From the IMG/VR virus record IMGVR_UViG_3300049141_000058, positions 1 to 60,290 of that record: DNA of 60,290 bases; one strand, given 5' to 3'. Source of the stretch: a virus. Its lineage: Duplodnaviria; Caudoviricetes. Under the pieces are notes generated by a model, which was not told where the DNA came from, made no database searches, and saw only the letters and a list, made by a program, of their open reading frames with translations. Shown here piece by piece: positions 44,128 through 53,595 of the stretch. The stretch's first letter is position 1. The number at the start of each line of letters is the position of its first letter. The position numbers were made by a program, and so were the translations under genes.

Positions 44128-44469
44128 TCAGACGGGCTGCGCGAGGGAGCGGCAGCCGATGACGGTTCCGGAGGCGTTGCGGACTTCGCGGTAGGGGACG
44201 AGCAGGTCGTCGCGTCGATCGGCAAGCGCGAGGGCAACGACGAGGGAGACGATGTACTGGACGCCGTCGCGCTTTGGCGGCAGGTTCTGGGCGTGCCCGA
44301 ACTCGACCAGCACGGGCCACATGCCGCTGCTGACTTCGAAGGTGGCCAGCCGTGCTGGCGTCGCCTCGGGCTGGATGACCTCCCGCAGGTGCGGTTCGAG
44401 GTCGTCGAGCCCGTCCTCGCGCTCGTGCGCGTACAGGCGGATCGGGTGCGGGGTGAGGTTGAGGATCAC
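44128..44469 (-). CDS. conserved phage hypothetical protein
   Basis: ILNLTPHPI...YIVSLVVA..RDDLLVP..VRN..G.VIGC. Confidence 0.8.
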   Translation of the reverse strand: MILNLTPHPIRLYAHEREDGLDDLEPHLREVIQPEATPARLATFEVSSGMWPVLVEFGHAQNLPPKRDGVQYIVSLVVALALADRRDDLLVPYREVRNASGTVIGCRSLAQPV

Positions 44470-45494
44470 GAGGCCGCGTCCGTGTCCGTGCCGGTGACGT
44501 CGACGGTGACCTTGATGACGGCGTCCTTGATGGCCTGCTGGATGGCGGCGACGACCTGTTCGGTGTCTACGTCGGAGCCGATGAGTTGGGCGAGCTTGGC
44601 GAGGGCGGCGGACTGTCCGGCCTCGGCGACGGTCAGGGCGCGGACGCGGGCCTGGACGTCCCGCAGGATGCTCTGCGCTTCCCATGTGGTGTTGGTCTTC
44701 GCGTCGGCGGCGTCGGTCGGCGCGGCGAGCGCGTCGGTCTTCCACACGCCGTTGAACGTCTGCTCCTTGATGGTCTTGGTGAGCCAGGTCTTGTCGGCGT
44801 CCGAGAGTGCCACGTCGTCCTCCTCGGTGGTGGTGTCGCCCTTGGCGAGTTGGATGACCCGGGCGAAGTTCATGGAGCCGGGGTCTCCGTGGTCGTTTTC
44901 GGGTACGTGCTGGTGGCCGCACCAGCCGGTGAAGGCCCGCCACTGGGTGTGGGTCATGCGGGCCGGGCTCGCGCCGTAGGAGGCGGGGGTGACGCCGGGT
45001 CGGCGCGGGTCCTTGCCGTAGGCCAGCCAGTCGCGCACGCAGGTGAGCGGGACCCGGTGGTAGTCGTGCAGCCACCGCACCAGCCAGGCGACCTCGGCGA
45101 GTGCCCAGTCCGGGGCGCCGGGCCAGTAGATGTAGTCGACGCCGGCCCGCTTGCCGTCCCAGACGGTGGAGTGCTTGGCGTCGCAGGTGCCGACCAGTTC
45201 GACCTGGAAGGCGTTCGCGGTGTTGGTGTCGACGCCGCCGAGCTTGTTGGCGAGGGCGCGGGCGGACTCGTCGACGTCGTAGTGCTGGTACCAGCGGATG
45301 CGCTTGGCGGCGATGTCGGGCACGCCGGTCACGGTCGGGGCCATCGCGCCGCCGTTGTATGAGGGGAGGCTGCGGCCTTCCGTTGTGTGGACGACGCCGC
45401 AGTTGACCTCCATGTCGGAGCCGGAGTAGCGGCCGGTGCCGTAGAAGTAGGTCTGGGAGGCTCCGGGGATCTTTTGGGGGCCGGTGCGCGCCAT
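44466..45494 (-). CDS. endolysin, N-acetylmuramoyl-L-alanine amidase
   Basis: VVHTTEG, QVELVG, GHQHVPENDHGDPG. Confidence 0.9.
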   Translation of the reverse strand: MARTGPQKIPGASQTYFYGTGRYSGSDMEVNCGVVHTTEGRSLPSYNGGAMAPTVTGVPDIAAKRIRWYQHYDVDESARALANKLGGVDTNTANAFQVELVGTCDAKHSTVWDGKRAGVDYIYWPGAPDWALAEVAWLVRWLHDYHRVPLTCVRDWLAYGKDPRRPGVTPASYGASPARMTHTQWRAFTGWCGHQHVPENDHGDPGSMNFARVIQLAKGDTTTEEDDVALSDADKTWLTKTIKEQTFNGVWKTDALAAPTDAADAKTNTTWEAQSILRDVQARVRALTVAEAGQSAALAKLAQLIGSDVDTEQVVAAIQQAIKDAVIKVTVDVTGTDTDAAS

Positions 45495-45711
45495 GGCGTC
45501 TCCGCGGGGGTGTTGGCTGCCTGGCATCGAGACAGCGATTGACCTTCGAATCATAAGACACAAGAGTCAATTAGCCTACGAATCCAAGGCGTATGGGTAT
45601 GGTGCGTGTGTGGGGAGTCACCGGTCCTTGCACTCCCCCGCCGCGGCGGGCCCGGTCGTGCGGGCCCGGCCCGCCGCCCAAGCCCGCACCCACCCGCACA
45701 CGGAGACGCCC

Positions 45712-46020
45712 ATGTCTGACCGCATCCACAGCAGCCGAGGCCTCGACATAGCCTGTGATGTCAGCCCTCTCCGACCCGCTTCACTCGACGACGAACCGCA
45801 GCCCGTTCGCCGTCCTCGGAGGGGTGTCATGCAGCCGAAGCCGGTCCGCGAGTTCACCGTGTACACGTCGTCGGAGGATCCCGGCACGCTGGTCCGCGCC
45901 GACAGGGTAGAGACGGTGGGCGACTGGTTCACGCTCTACCTGGACGGCCAGGAGGTGTACGGGGCACCCCGCGAACACGTCCTCCAGTACACCGCCAAGC
46001 CCGTCCAGGAGGCGGCGTGA
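45712..46020 (+). CDS. hypothetical protein
   Basis: ATG after GGAG; first gene of a coupled plus-strand operon. Confidence 0.55.
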   Translation: MSDRIHSSRGLDIACDVSPLRPASLDDEPQPVRRPRRGVMQPKPVREFTVYTSSEDPGTLVRADRVETVGDWFTLYLDGQEVYGAPREHVLQYTAKPVQEAA

Positions 46021-46226
46021 TGGGCGATGAGATGACGGCGGCGATGGTCGCCCAAGTCGCGGCAGCGTGCATGCAGGCGAGGGAAGTGATCTCTCCGATC
46101 CTGGAGTCGGCGGAGGGCGTGAAGGCGGACATGGTCGGGCGCGGCTGGTCCGAGATCAACGCGGAACGCGTTGCTACCAGCTACGTGCAGGCCATGTTGA
46201 AGACCGCCATCGGCGGGCCAGCGTGA
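46020..46226 (+). CDS. hypothetical protein
   Basis: TGATG coupling. Confidence 0.65.
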   Translation: MGDEMTAAMVAQVAAACMQAREVISPILESAEGVKADMVGRGWSEINAERVATSYVQAMLKTAIGGPA

Positions 46227-46307
46227 TCGGCGACTGCGCGAGAATCCTCGCCCTCGTCGAAGCCTACGGACTCGAACCCGCAGATGAGACCGACGCGGAG
46301 GTCATCC

Positions 46308-46499
46308 GTGGCTGACTCGCCGCCCTGGCTCACAGTTCAGACGGCGGACGACGTGGTGCACGCCCTGCCGTTGGATGATGGCATCATCCACACGTTCACG
46401 CCGGACTGCCCCTGTGGGCCCGCACCCCACGCCACTCCGGGCGGGCTTGTCCTCGCACTCGCCAGCCTCGACGGCCGCGAGCAGCGGGAGACACCGTGA
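46308..46499 (+). CDS. hypothetical protein
   Basis: HALPLDD..H..DCPCGP..SLDGRE motif, GGAGG RBS. Confidence 0.65.
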   Translation: MADSPPWLTVQTADDVVHALPLDDGIIHTFTPDCPCGPAPHATPGGLVLALASLDGREQRETP

Positions 46500-46888
46500 G
46501 CAGCACCTACTACGTCCTCTGCCTGTCCCACGACCCGGCGACCACGGCGCGCGAGTACAGCTCGCCGGAGGCAGCGGCGGGTGTCATCAAAGCAGGCATC
46601 GAGGGGCATACAGGCTGCGACATGCTCATCGAGCGCGTCTCGGGCGGCCCGGTTGAGTACGGCTGCCCGCCCCACCCCACACGGGCTGCTGGGCCGCGCT
46701 GCTACCACCGCGACGTCGAATGGGTGGATACCGAGTGGCTGCGACTCCTCGGACGTGCCCACGAGTCCACCGATCCCCGTATCCAGGAGGCGGTAAAGCA
46801 GGGCCGGTTCTACTGCTGGACAGGCGACCGGCTGCACCGGCTCCGGCACCACAACGGCAACGCGGAAGAACTGGGAGAGCGGCTGTGA
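46496..46888 (+). CDS. hypothetical protein
   Basis: MSSTYYVLCLSHDPA, coupled. Confidence 0.7.
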   Translation: MSSTYYVLCLSHDPATTAREYSSPEAAAGVIKAGIEGHTGCDMLIERVSGGPVEYGCPPHPTRAAGPRCYHRDVEWVDTEWLRLLGRAHESTDPRIQEAVKQGRFYCWTGDRLHRLRHHNGNAEELGERL

Positions 46889-47274
46889 GCGGTCTCGCGC
46901 TTCTCCTGTGTCACCTCGCCGGGGACTACCTGATCCAGTCGCACTGGATGGCGACCGAGAAGACGAAGCGCTGGTGGCCCGCCATCGCACACGCCGTCAC
47001 CTATGGCCTGCCGTTCCTGCTCATCACCCAGTCGGCCGCAGCGCTCGCCGTCATCGTCGGCACGCACGCGATCATCGACCGGTACCGGCTGGCCCGGTAC
47101 CTCGTGTGGGCGAAGAACCTGCTCGCCCCGAAGGTATTCCGCAAGCCGTGGGCTGACTGTGCGGCGACTGGCTATCCGTCGGACACGCCATCGTGGCTAG
47201 CCGTCTGGCTGTTGATTGTCGCCGATAACACGATGCACTTGGCGATCAATGCTGCAGCCGTCACGTGGCTCTGA
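46885..47274 (+). CDS. DUF3307 membrane protein
   Basis: HLAGDYLIQS..H..TH..ID..DNTMH pattern. Confidence 0.85.
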   Translation: MSGLALLLCHLAGDYLIQSHWMATEKTKRWWPAIAHAVTYGLPFLLITQSAAALAVIVGTHAIIDRYRLARYLVWAKNLLAPKVFRKPWADCAATGYPSDTPSWLAVWLLIVADNTMHLAINAAAVTWL

Positions 47275-47275
47275 C

Positions 47276-47551
47276 CTACGGCGTCCGCCCGACGCGCACA
47301 GCGAGGCTGGCTCCGTAGGCGGCCCGGTACTGGTCCGGTGTCCATGCCCTTCCGTCTGCCAGGAACACCGGATCCACCCTCGCCCCGCCCGCCACGTTCG
47401 GGTCGGCCACCAGTACCCAGCCTACGACCAGGCCGCCCGCCGGAATGCCACCCACGTCCGTCCCGGGCGGAGCACCCACCAGCACCGACAGGCCCGGCGC
47501 GGCAGCCACCAGCCCGGCGACAAGGCCAGCCTCGTTCGACAGAATCGGCAC
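47276..47551 (-). CDS. hypothetical protein
   Basis: AAAGGGGGAG RBS; follows the tail genes. Confidence 0.65.
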   Translation of the reverse strand: MPILSNEAGLVAGLVAAAPGLSVLVGAPPGTDVGGIPAGGLVVGWVLVADPNVAGGARVDPVFLADGRAWTPDQYRAAYGASLAVRVGRTP

Positions 47552-47561
47552 GTCTCCCCCT

Positions 47562-48881
47562 TTACGCGACCGCGGCCCAGACGCTGTTCGCGTCCGGGGT
47601 TGCTGACGTCATCGTGTAGCTCGCCGGCAGGGACGTCTGCCCCGAGGCGGAGCGGCAGTAGCGGTAGTTGCCGGACGTGAGATGGACGTTGCCTGGGGTG
47701 AACGCGACGCCCATGGTGCTGCCGCACGCAAAGGTCGGGGACGTGGTGCCGTTGAACAGCAGGGCAATGTAGTACTTGCCGGCCGCCGCCGAGTATGGCG
47801 TGGTCAGGTTCATGGTCTTGTCCCCGGCGCTGTTCCACACGGTGGATTGGTCGGCGGTGACCCCGACGCGTGTTCCGGCTGCCGTGTAGAGGCCTCCCAG
47901 GCACTGCCCGGAGGTGAGGCCGCTACCTGCGGTGCCGATGACCGTGCACAGGCTGGTGATGGTGGCCGAGCTGCGGAGGATCACCTCGATGAAGTAGATG
48001 TAGCCCGCGGACAGGGTGGTGCCGGTGTTGGTGCAGGCGGCGGGGTTCATCGGCCAGGCGATGAGCCCGTGGTCGGCGGGCCGCCACTCGTTGGAGTTCA
48101 CCGTGGACAGGATCTGTCCGGCCGCGTTGATCTCGAACACCGAGTTCCCGTTGGCGTCGCGGATCCTGACGATGGACTGCCCCGACGAGGACGCGCCGAT
48201 GACGTCCAGGCCGATCGTGCTCGAGTCGTTTTGCTGCACGAACAAGCGGCCGGCGTTCATCGGCCCGTTGACGGACAGGGTCTCGCTGACCAGGTTGGGG
48301 ACGAGCATCGCTGCCCGGATCAGGTTGGAGGGGCCGGGCCCGGGGTTCGCGGCGGCGTAGGTGTAGCCGGAGACGCCGTTGAGGGCGGGGTCGGCGGTGG
48401 TGACGCCTTCGGCATAGTTGGGCAGGCCGTAGCCGTAGACGATGGCGTCGGTGCGGCGGCGCTTGCGGATGTAGACGCCGTCGCCCTCCGTCGACCCGTT
48501 GTCGTTGGTGTTGGCCTCGACAGCCCAGATGTGGGTGGCGTCGTAGGCGAAGACGATCCCTGTGTGTTCGGACCCGGACGGGCCGTAGAAGACCTGCGCG
48601 CCGATCGCCGGGTACCAGGACCAGCGGCTCGCGGCCTGGAACCATGCGACTCCGGCGGAGCAGTCCACGCCGCGGGGGAACAGCGACGGCACCCCGGCGC
48701 GCATGGCGACCCAGGATGTGAAGGTCATGCACCACGCCTGTCCCTGGTAGCCGGACAGGCCAGGGACTTCGGTGGCGTAGCGGGTGATGTTGTTCCAGCC
48801 GCCTTCGGCGTAGCCCTCGCGGACGCCGACCTGACTCTTGGCGACGGCGATGACCTGCGCGGCCTGGGGGTTGGTGGACAT
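47562..48881 (-). CDS. CHAP-domain protein fused to a tail-fibre-like C-terminus
   Basis: AWCMTFTSWV, HTGIV, VEANT (CHAP Cys/His/Glu); Thr/Gly/Ser-rich beta C-terminus. Confidence 0.8.
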   Translation of the reverse strand: MSTNPQAAQVIAVAKSQVGVREGYAEGGWNNITRYATEVPGLSGYQGQAWCMTFTSWVAMRAGVPSLFPRGVDCSAGVAWFQAASRWSWYPAIGAQVFYGPSGSEHTGIVFAYDATHIWAVEANTNDNGSTEGDGVYIRKRRRTDAIVYGYGLPNYAEGVTTADPALNGVSGYTYAAANPGPGPSNLIRAAMLVPNLVSETLSVNGPMNAGRLFVQQNDSSTIGLDVIGASSSGQSIVRIRDANGNSVFEINAAGQILSTVNSNEWRPADHGLIAWPMNPAACTNTGTTLSAGYIYFIEVILRSSATITSLCTVIGTAGSGLTSGQCLGGLYTAAGTRVGVTADQSTVWNSAGDKTMNLTTPYSAAAGKYYIALLFNGTTSPTFACGSTMGVAFTPGNVHLTSGNYRYCRSASGQTSLPASYTMTSATPDANSVWAAVA

Positions 48882-48890
48882 GAATGCTCC

Positions 48891-50438
48891 CTAGCTCTGC
48901 AGGAGGGTGTTGAGGACGCTGGCGACGTAGGCGTGGCCGGCGTCGGACAGGTGGATGCTGTCGGTGCCGGCGGCGCCCGGTGTTGCCGGGTTGGCCCAGT
49001 AGCCCAACGAATGCCAGTAGTTCCAGCTGTTGCGGCCCAGGGCCCACAGGTTGACGAGGGCGGCTTCGAAGGCGGTGGCGAGGCTGTGGGCGCGGTCGAC
49101 GTAGTCCTGGTAGAGGGGGTTGGCGGCGTCGGCAGTGCCGATGTGCGGGAGGACGATGACGAGGTCGGTGGTGCCCAGGGCGGAGCCGCCGTCGCGGATG
49201 TTGGCGAGGTGCTGGCGGGCGCTGGCTGCCCAGGTGTCGGCGTTGGTGCCGTTGGTGACGTCTTCCGGGCTGACCGCGTAGATGACCAGGTCTGCTGGGT
49301 AGTTGGGGCCGCCGTTCCAGCCGGTGCGCAGGGTGGTGGTGTAGTCGGCGGCGGTGGCGTTCTTGCGGCCGAAGTTGTTGAGGATGAGGCCGGTGTCGTT
49401 CTCGCCGGACACGCCGAGAACGGACAGGTACTGGCCTGCGCTGCCGGTGTGGGTGACGCGGACGGTGTGGGATCCGGCGGCCAGACCGGTGATGGTCCGC
49501 TTCAGCACAGTTAGACCGGTTGTGGCGGAGTCGGTGACGGTGGTGGCCGCGCCGCCGTCAATCGAGTAGGTCCAGGTGGGTCGGCTGCCGTCCGCTCCGA
49601 GGGTGTAGATGGTGGCGGTGGTGCCGCGCACGGTGAACGTGAGGTGGGCGCCGTTCGTCGACGCGTACAGGTAGCCCCAGCCGGGTCCGGCCGGGTAGCC
49701 GCCGATCGTCCAGGTGCCGCTCTGCGCGACGAGGTTCCCGGCGCTGGTCCATGCGCTGATCGCGGATGCGTCCTGTCCGGCGATGCCGCTGGCGCTGAAC
49801 AGAGAGGAGAGGTATCCGCTGCCGCCGTCTCCGTAAACCCCTTGCAGGGACGCGGCGAGGAGGGCGGGCCAGTTCTTGGTGACGAGGTTGCTGGCGTAGA
49901 AGCCGGCCAGGGAGGAGCCGCCGACGACTGCGATGGTTGCTTTGCCGCCGGTTCCGGTGCCGGTGCGTGCCGTGCGCCAGAACGTGCCCCAGCCGGGACG
50001 CACGTACAGGCCCGCCGTCTCGGTGGCGACGGCCGCCTTGGCGGCGTAGGGGGTGAACCAGTCCGGGTCTACCTGGTCGGCGTCGAGGTGGCCGCTGCCG
50101 TTGAGCTGCGCCCACCCCCCAGGGGTTCCGCCCTGCACGATGAAGTCGGTGACGACGTCGCCGATGTCGGTGGCGACGAGGGTGAAGCGGCGGCTGTATC
50201 CGAAGTCGACGTAAACGGTGGTGTCGCCGTCGGGGCCCATGAAGGCGACTGCGCCGTCGGCGTCGGCGGTCACCTCCGTGATCGGACCGCCAGTGAGGTC
50301 GGTGAGGTCGGTGAGCTGGGTGCCGCCGGTCAGGGAGTCCCAGACGGTGCCGACCGCGCCGGGCCGGACCAGGAGCTGGTTTCCGACGCGCTCCATCGCA
50401 TAGTCGGCGGGGCTACCGCCGAAAAGATGCCTGGCCAC
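48891..50438 (-). CDS. tail-associated SGNH/GDSL esterase protein
   Basis: VVGGSSLAG block I, DSIHLSDAGH block V; N-terminal tail-anchor module. Confidence 0.8.
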   Translation of the reverse strand: MARHLFGGSPADYAMERVGNQLLVRPGAVGTVWDSLTGGTQLTDLTDLTGGPITEVTADADGAVAFMGPDGDTTVYVDFGYSRRFTLVATDIGDVVTDFIVQGGTPGGWAQLNGSGHLDADQVDPDWFTPYAAKAAVATETAGLYVRPGWGTFWRTARTGTGTGGKATIAVVGGSSLAGFYASNLVTKNWPALLAASLQGVYGDGGSGYLSSLFSASGIAGQDASAISAWTSAGNLVAQSGTWTIGGYPAGPGWGYLYASTNGAHLTFTVRGTTATIYTLGADGSRPTWTYSIDGGAATTVTDSATTGLTVLKRTITGLAAGSHTVRVTHTGSAGQYLSVLGVSGENDTGLILNNFGRKNATAADYTTTLRTGWNGGPNYPADLVIYAVSPEDVTNGTNADTWAASARQHLANIRDGGSALGTTDLVIVLPHIGTADAANPLYQDYVDRAHSLATAFEAALVNLWALGRNSWNYWHSLGYWANPATPGAAGTDSIHLSDAGHAYVASVLNTLLQS

Positions 50439-50457
50439 AGGTGTCCTCTTTCTCGGC

Positions 50458-51471
50458 TCAGGCGAGCCAGTAGGAGCCGTCGATGGTGAGGATGTCGCCC
50501 GTCCGGATGTTGAACGGCTGGTTGGTGAAGAGGCTGAAGGAGTTGGGGGCGACGGTGCTGGTGGTGCCCTGGGTCATGGAGTAGCGCAGTCGGGAGATCC
50601 GGGTCGTCGACTCGGTGGGGAAGACGATGCCGACGCCGATCGCGGACCCTTCGTCGTTGGCGCTGGAGTAGTTCCACTTGAACAGGGAGCGCATGGCGGT
50701 AGTGGCGGGCAGGCCCGGCGGCAGGGACACCTCGAGCGGGGAGTCGTAGGCGGGCGGATTGCCGGTCGGCTGGAGGTGGATCGTGACGTCGACGCGCTTG
50801 CCCACAGCCTGGTAGCGGCCGGTGTTGATGCTGCCGGAGCCCCAGTTGACGGTGGTCGAGCCGGCGGTCCACACGGGCGTGTACGTCGAGTCCGCGACAC
50901 CGGGGGAGGCGAGCCACAGCCAGTCGGCGCCATCCCCGACATACAGCGCCCCGGATTCGACGAGCAGCTGGTTCTTGATGCTCGGCCTGCGCGCTCCCGG
51001 CGCCGACGGGACGGCGCCGCGGCCGGTGAACCACCGGCGGTCGAGGACGTTGGCGGCGGTGACGACCGACGAGCCCGCGGCCACGGTGCACTGGGCGAGG
51101 GGGATTTCCCAGATGCCGTCTTCCTCTTGCGTGAGGGTGGGTGCGGTGGTGCCGCCGGTCTTGTACTCGGCCGTGATGGTCTTGGCGGGCTGGTCGGCGC
51201 GGATAACGACGAGGTCGACGCGGGCTGCGCCGCCTGCGTTGGCGGGGACGTCGAGGTTCTTGACGGAGTCGTTGCGGTAGTAGAGGCCGGTGATGAATGC
51301 GCGGCCGGGCGCGACAGCGACGGTGGAGACGCCGGATCCGGTGACTTTGAGGGCGGTTGAGGACGGGTCGGTGGCGTGGACGCCGTCCAGCCCCCAGCGG
51401 CTGGCGACGCGGGACCAGGAGGCCTGGGTGGCGATCGGGGAGCCGTCGAACGGCATGGCAAATTCGGCCAT
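50458..51471 (-). CDS. minor tail protein
   Basis: VAPGRAFITG, RVDLVVIR, WEIPLAQ. Confidence 0.85.
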   Translation of the reverse strand: MAEFAMPFDGSPIATQASWSRVASRWGLDGVHATDPSSTALKVTGSGVSTVAVAPGRAFITGLYYRNDSVKNLDVPANAGGAARVDLVVIRADQPAKTITAEYKTGGTTAPTLTQEEDGIWEIPLAQCTVAAGSSVVTAANVLDRRWFTGRGAVPSAPGARRPSIKNQLLVESGALYVGDGADWLWLASPGVADSTYTPVWTAGSTTVNWGSGSINTGRYQAVGKRVDVTIHLQPTGNPPAYDSPLEVSLPPGLPATTAMRSLFKWNYSSANDEGSAIGVGIVFPTESTTRISRLRYSMTQGTTSTVAPNSFSLFTNQPFNIRTGDILTIDGSYWLA

Positions 51472-52643
51472 CAGGCAGCCTTTCTTGTCTTCAGGCGCCC
51501 GACGTCGCGTTTGACCTGGGCGATGTAGCGGTAGATGCGGGCGACTGCGCTGGTTGCGCCGTCGCCGCCGATGGTGGCTTTGGCGGTGCTCTCGCCAGCA
51601 GTGCTGGTGAGGGTGACCTCGCGGACGGTGTCCGTGTACCAGGCTCCGCTGCGGAGTTGAGCGGAAACGGTGTCGCCGACGTTGTAGTCGCGGCCGTACT
51701 GGAGTCGGGGCAGGTCGATCGGTGAGATGGACAGTGAGCCCTGTCCTGCACCGTTGGTGAGGGCTTCTTCGGCGGCTTGGTCCTGCTGGGCTGTGAGGTC
51801 TACGGATGCGGTGTCGACGCCGGTGAGGTCGACGAACTGCTCGAGGACCAGGCCGGGCCACAGCGGGTCGGTGCGGTCGTAGGTTTTGCAGACGCGTGGG
51901 CTGGTGCCGCCGCCGGCGACGACGATGGCGCGGGTGCAGGTGGGCGGGGTGGTGGAGTAGGAGGCGTCGGTGAGGTTGCCGAGGCCGAAGGAGAAGCGGG
52001 CCGTGCCGGACAGGTCGGCGGGTTCGTACACCTGGAACTGCAGGCTGGTCCCGACCTGGACGACGCGGAATCCGAGCCCGGCGGCTTTGGCGATGTCCTG
52101 CAGGACCGTGAGGAGGTTGTCGAACTGGTTGACCTCGCGGACCAGGGCGGGGCCGAGGAGAGTGTTGGGGGCGAGGGTGAGCAGCGGATTCTTTCGGGCG
52201 GCGTGTGCTCCGGGGCCGGCGTTGAGGTTGACGAGGTCGCGCATGCCGGTTTCCACCGACGCCGTGTTGATCTTGTAGACGGGGGCGGTCTGTGATCCGA
52301 TCGCCGCGGTCGGGTTCGGCCAGCAGGTGTAGCGGGCCAGGATCTCGTCATCGGACACCGCGCCCACCGTGAGCTTGCCGCCGCCGGCGTCCGATTCGGA
52401 GCGGGACCAGTCGACCGTCCGGATCGGCCCCGACAGCACGGTTTGCCCGTCCGCCGTCTTCACGATCAGCCCGTTGCCCTCGACCAGCTTCGGCGCCGAC
52501 GGCGAGTCGGCGGCGATCTCCATTGTGATTGCGCCGATCTCGCGGAACCGGGGCACCACGGTGAGGCTGGTGTAGTCGGTGACCTGCCCGATCCGCTGCA
52601 GCGTCGAGCCGCGGACGTACACCCGCAGTCGTGTCGCATGCAT
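51471..52643 (-). CDS. minor tail protein (Gp37-like/Tal)
   Basis: Follows Dit; YGRDYNVGDTV motif. Confidence 0.85.
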   Translation of the reverse strand: MHATRLRVYVRGSTLQRIGQVTDYTSLTVVPRFREIGAITMEIAADSPSAPKLVEGNGLIVKTADGQTVLSGPIRTVDWSRSESDAGGGKLTVGAVSDDEILARYTCWPNPTAAIGSQTAPVYKINTASVETGMRDLVNLNAGPGAHAARKNPLLTLAPNTLLGPALVREVNQFDNLLTVLQDIAKAAGLGFRVVQVGTSLQFQVYEPADLSGTARFSFGLGNLTDASYSTTPPTCTRAIVVAGGGTSPRVCKTYDRTDPLWPGLVLEQFVDLTGVDTASVDLTAQQDQAAEEALTNGAGQGSLSISPIDLPRLQYGRDYNVGDTVSAQLRSGAWYTDTVREVTLTSTAGESTAKATIGGDGATSAVARIYRYIAQVKRDVGRLKTRKAA

Positions 52644-52653
52644 CGTCAGCCTC

Positions 52654-53595
52654 CTAGGACGCCAGGTAGCGGGGCTGGTAGGTGAGGTTGACGCTGGTCG
52701 CCGACGTCGAGCCGTCGATGACGAGGTTGAGGGCGTTGACGCCTTCCTCGAGCGGCCACAGCTCGGAGCTGTCGGACAGGTCCGGCCACAGGTTCGTTAC
52801 GTCGTTCAGGAGGGCGGTCTGCTGGCGCTCACGAGTGTCGATGACGACGGTGTCCGTGCCGGTGATCGAGCGGGTCAGCACCAGTTCCTTGCCGGTCGTC
52901 TCGTTGACGAGCGTGATGCTGGTCGCGGGGCCCTGAATGGTCCATAGGGGAAAGGCGGCGGCGTCGCCGTCGTTGTCGATGGTGACCTCGCCGAGCACCT
53001 GCGAATCGCCGACACGGAGCGGCAGGATGGGGAAGAACGTGCCTCCGGTGGCGTTCTTGAAATCGCGGCTGACGACGTCGCCGACCCAGTAGGGCGAGGG
53101 CGTGGCAAAGGTGATCACGTTGATGCACCAGCGCTCCCCCGCCGCATCCAGGGACTCGTCGCCCTCCAGGCCGCCCGTGTAGTAGGCGCCGATCTGGCGG
53201 GTCGCACCGTTCGGCTCGGTCAGGGTCAGGGTGCCGACTCCCCGCTTCGGGTTGAGGCTCTTGATGAAGGCGCGGCGGCGCGCCTTGTAGGCGTCGCGGG
53301 AGTCGTGAGCCCAGAACGCCAGCGGCAGGATGATGTCCTTGCCCTGGGCGCGGACGTCTCGGAGCTCGTAGCCGTCGATGCCGGGGCTCTCGTCGGTGTT
53401 GAAGGTGAAGCCGGGCATGTCCAAGCCCTTGGCGCCGGGCTGGAGGAGCCACCCGTTCTCCCAGTCCGACAGGTGCGTTGTCACCCCGCGCGGGTCCGTG
53501 AAGGACACGGCGGGCATCTGGTTGATCAGGGTGGGCCACGGGACGCCGGCCTGTACCTCTTGGGGGACGTAGGTTGCGGGGACGAGGATCGGCAT
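52654..53595 (-). CDS. distal tail protein (Dit)
   Basis: Directly after the tape measure gene; PSPYW, NDGD..P.W.IQGP. Confidence 0.85.
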   Translation of the reverse strand: MPILVPATYVPQEVQAGVPWPTLINQMPAVSFTDPRGVTTHLSDWENGWLLQPGAKGLDMPGFTFNTDESPGIDGYELRDVRAQGKDIILPLAFWAHDSRDAYKARRRAFIKSLNPKRGVGTLTLTEPNGATRQIGAYYTGGLEGDESLDAAGERWCINVITFATPSPYWVGDVVSRDFKNATGGTFFPILPLRVGDSQVLGEVTIDNDGDAAAFPLWTIQGPATSITLVNETTGKELVLTRSITGTDTVVIDTRERQQTALLNDVTNLWPDLSDSSELWPLEEGVNALNLVIDGSTSATSVNLTYQPRYLAS

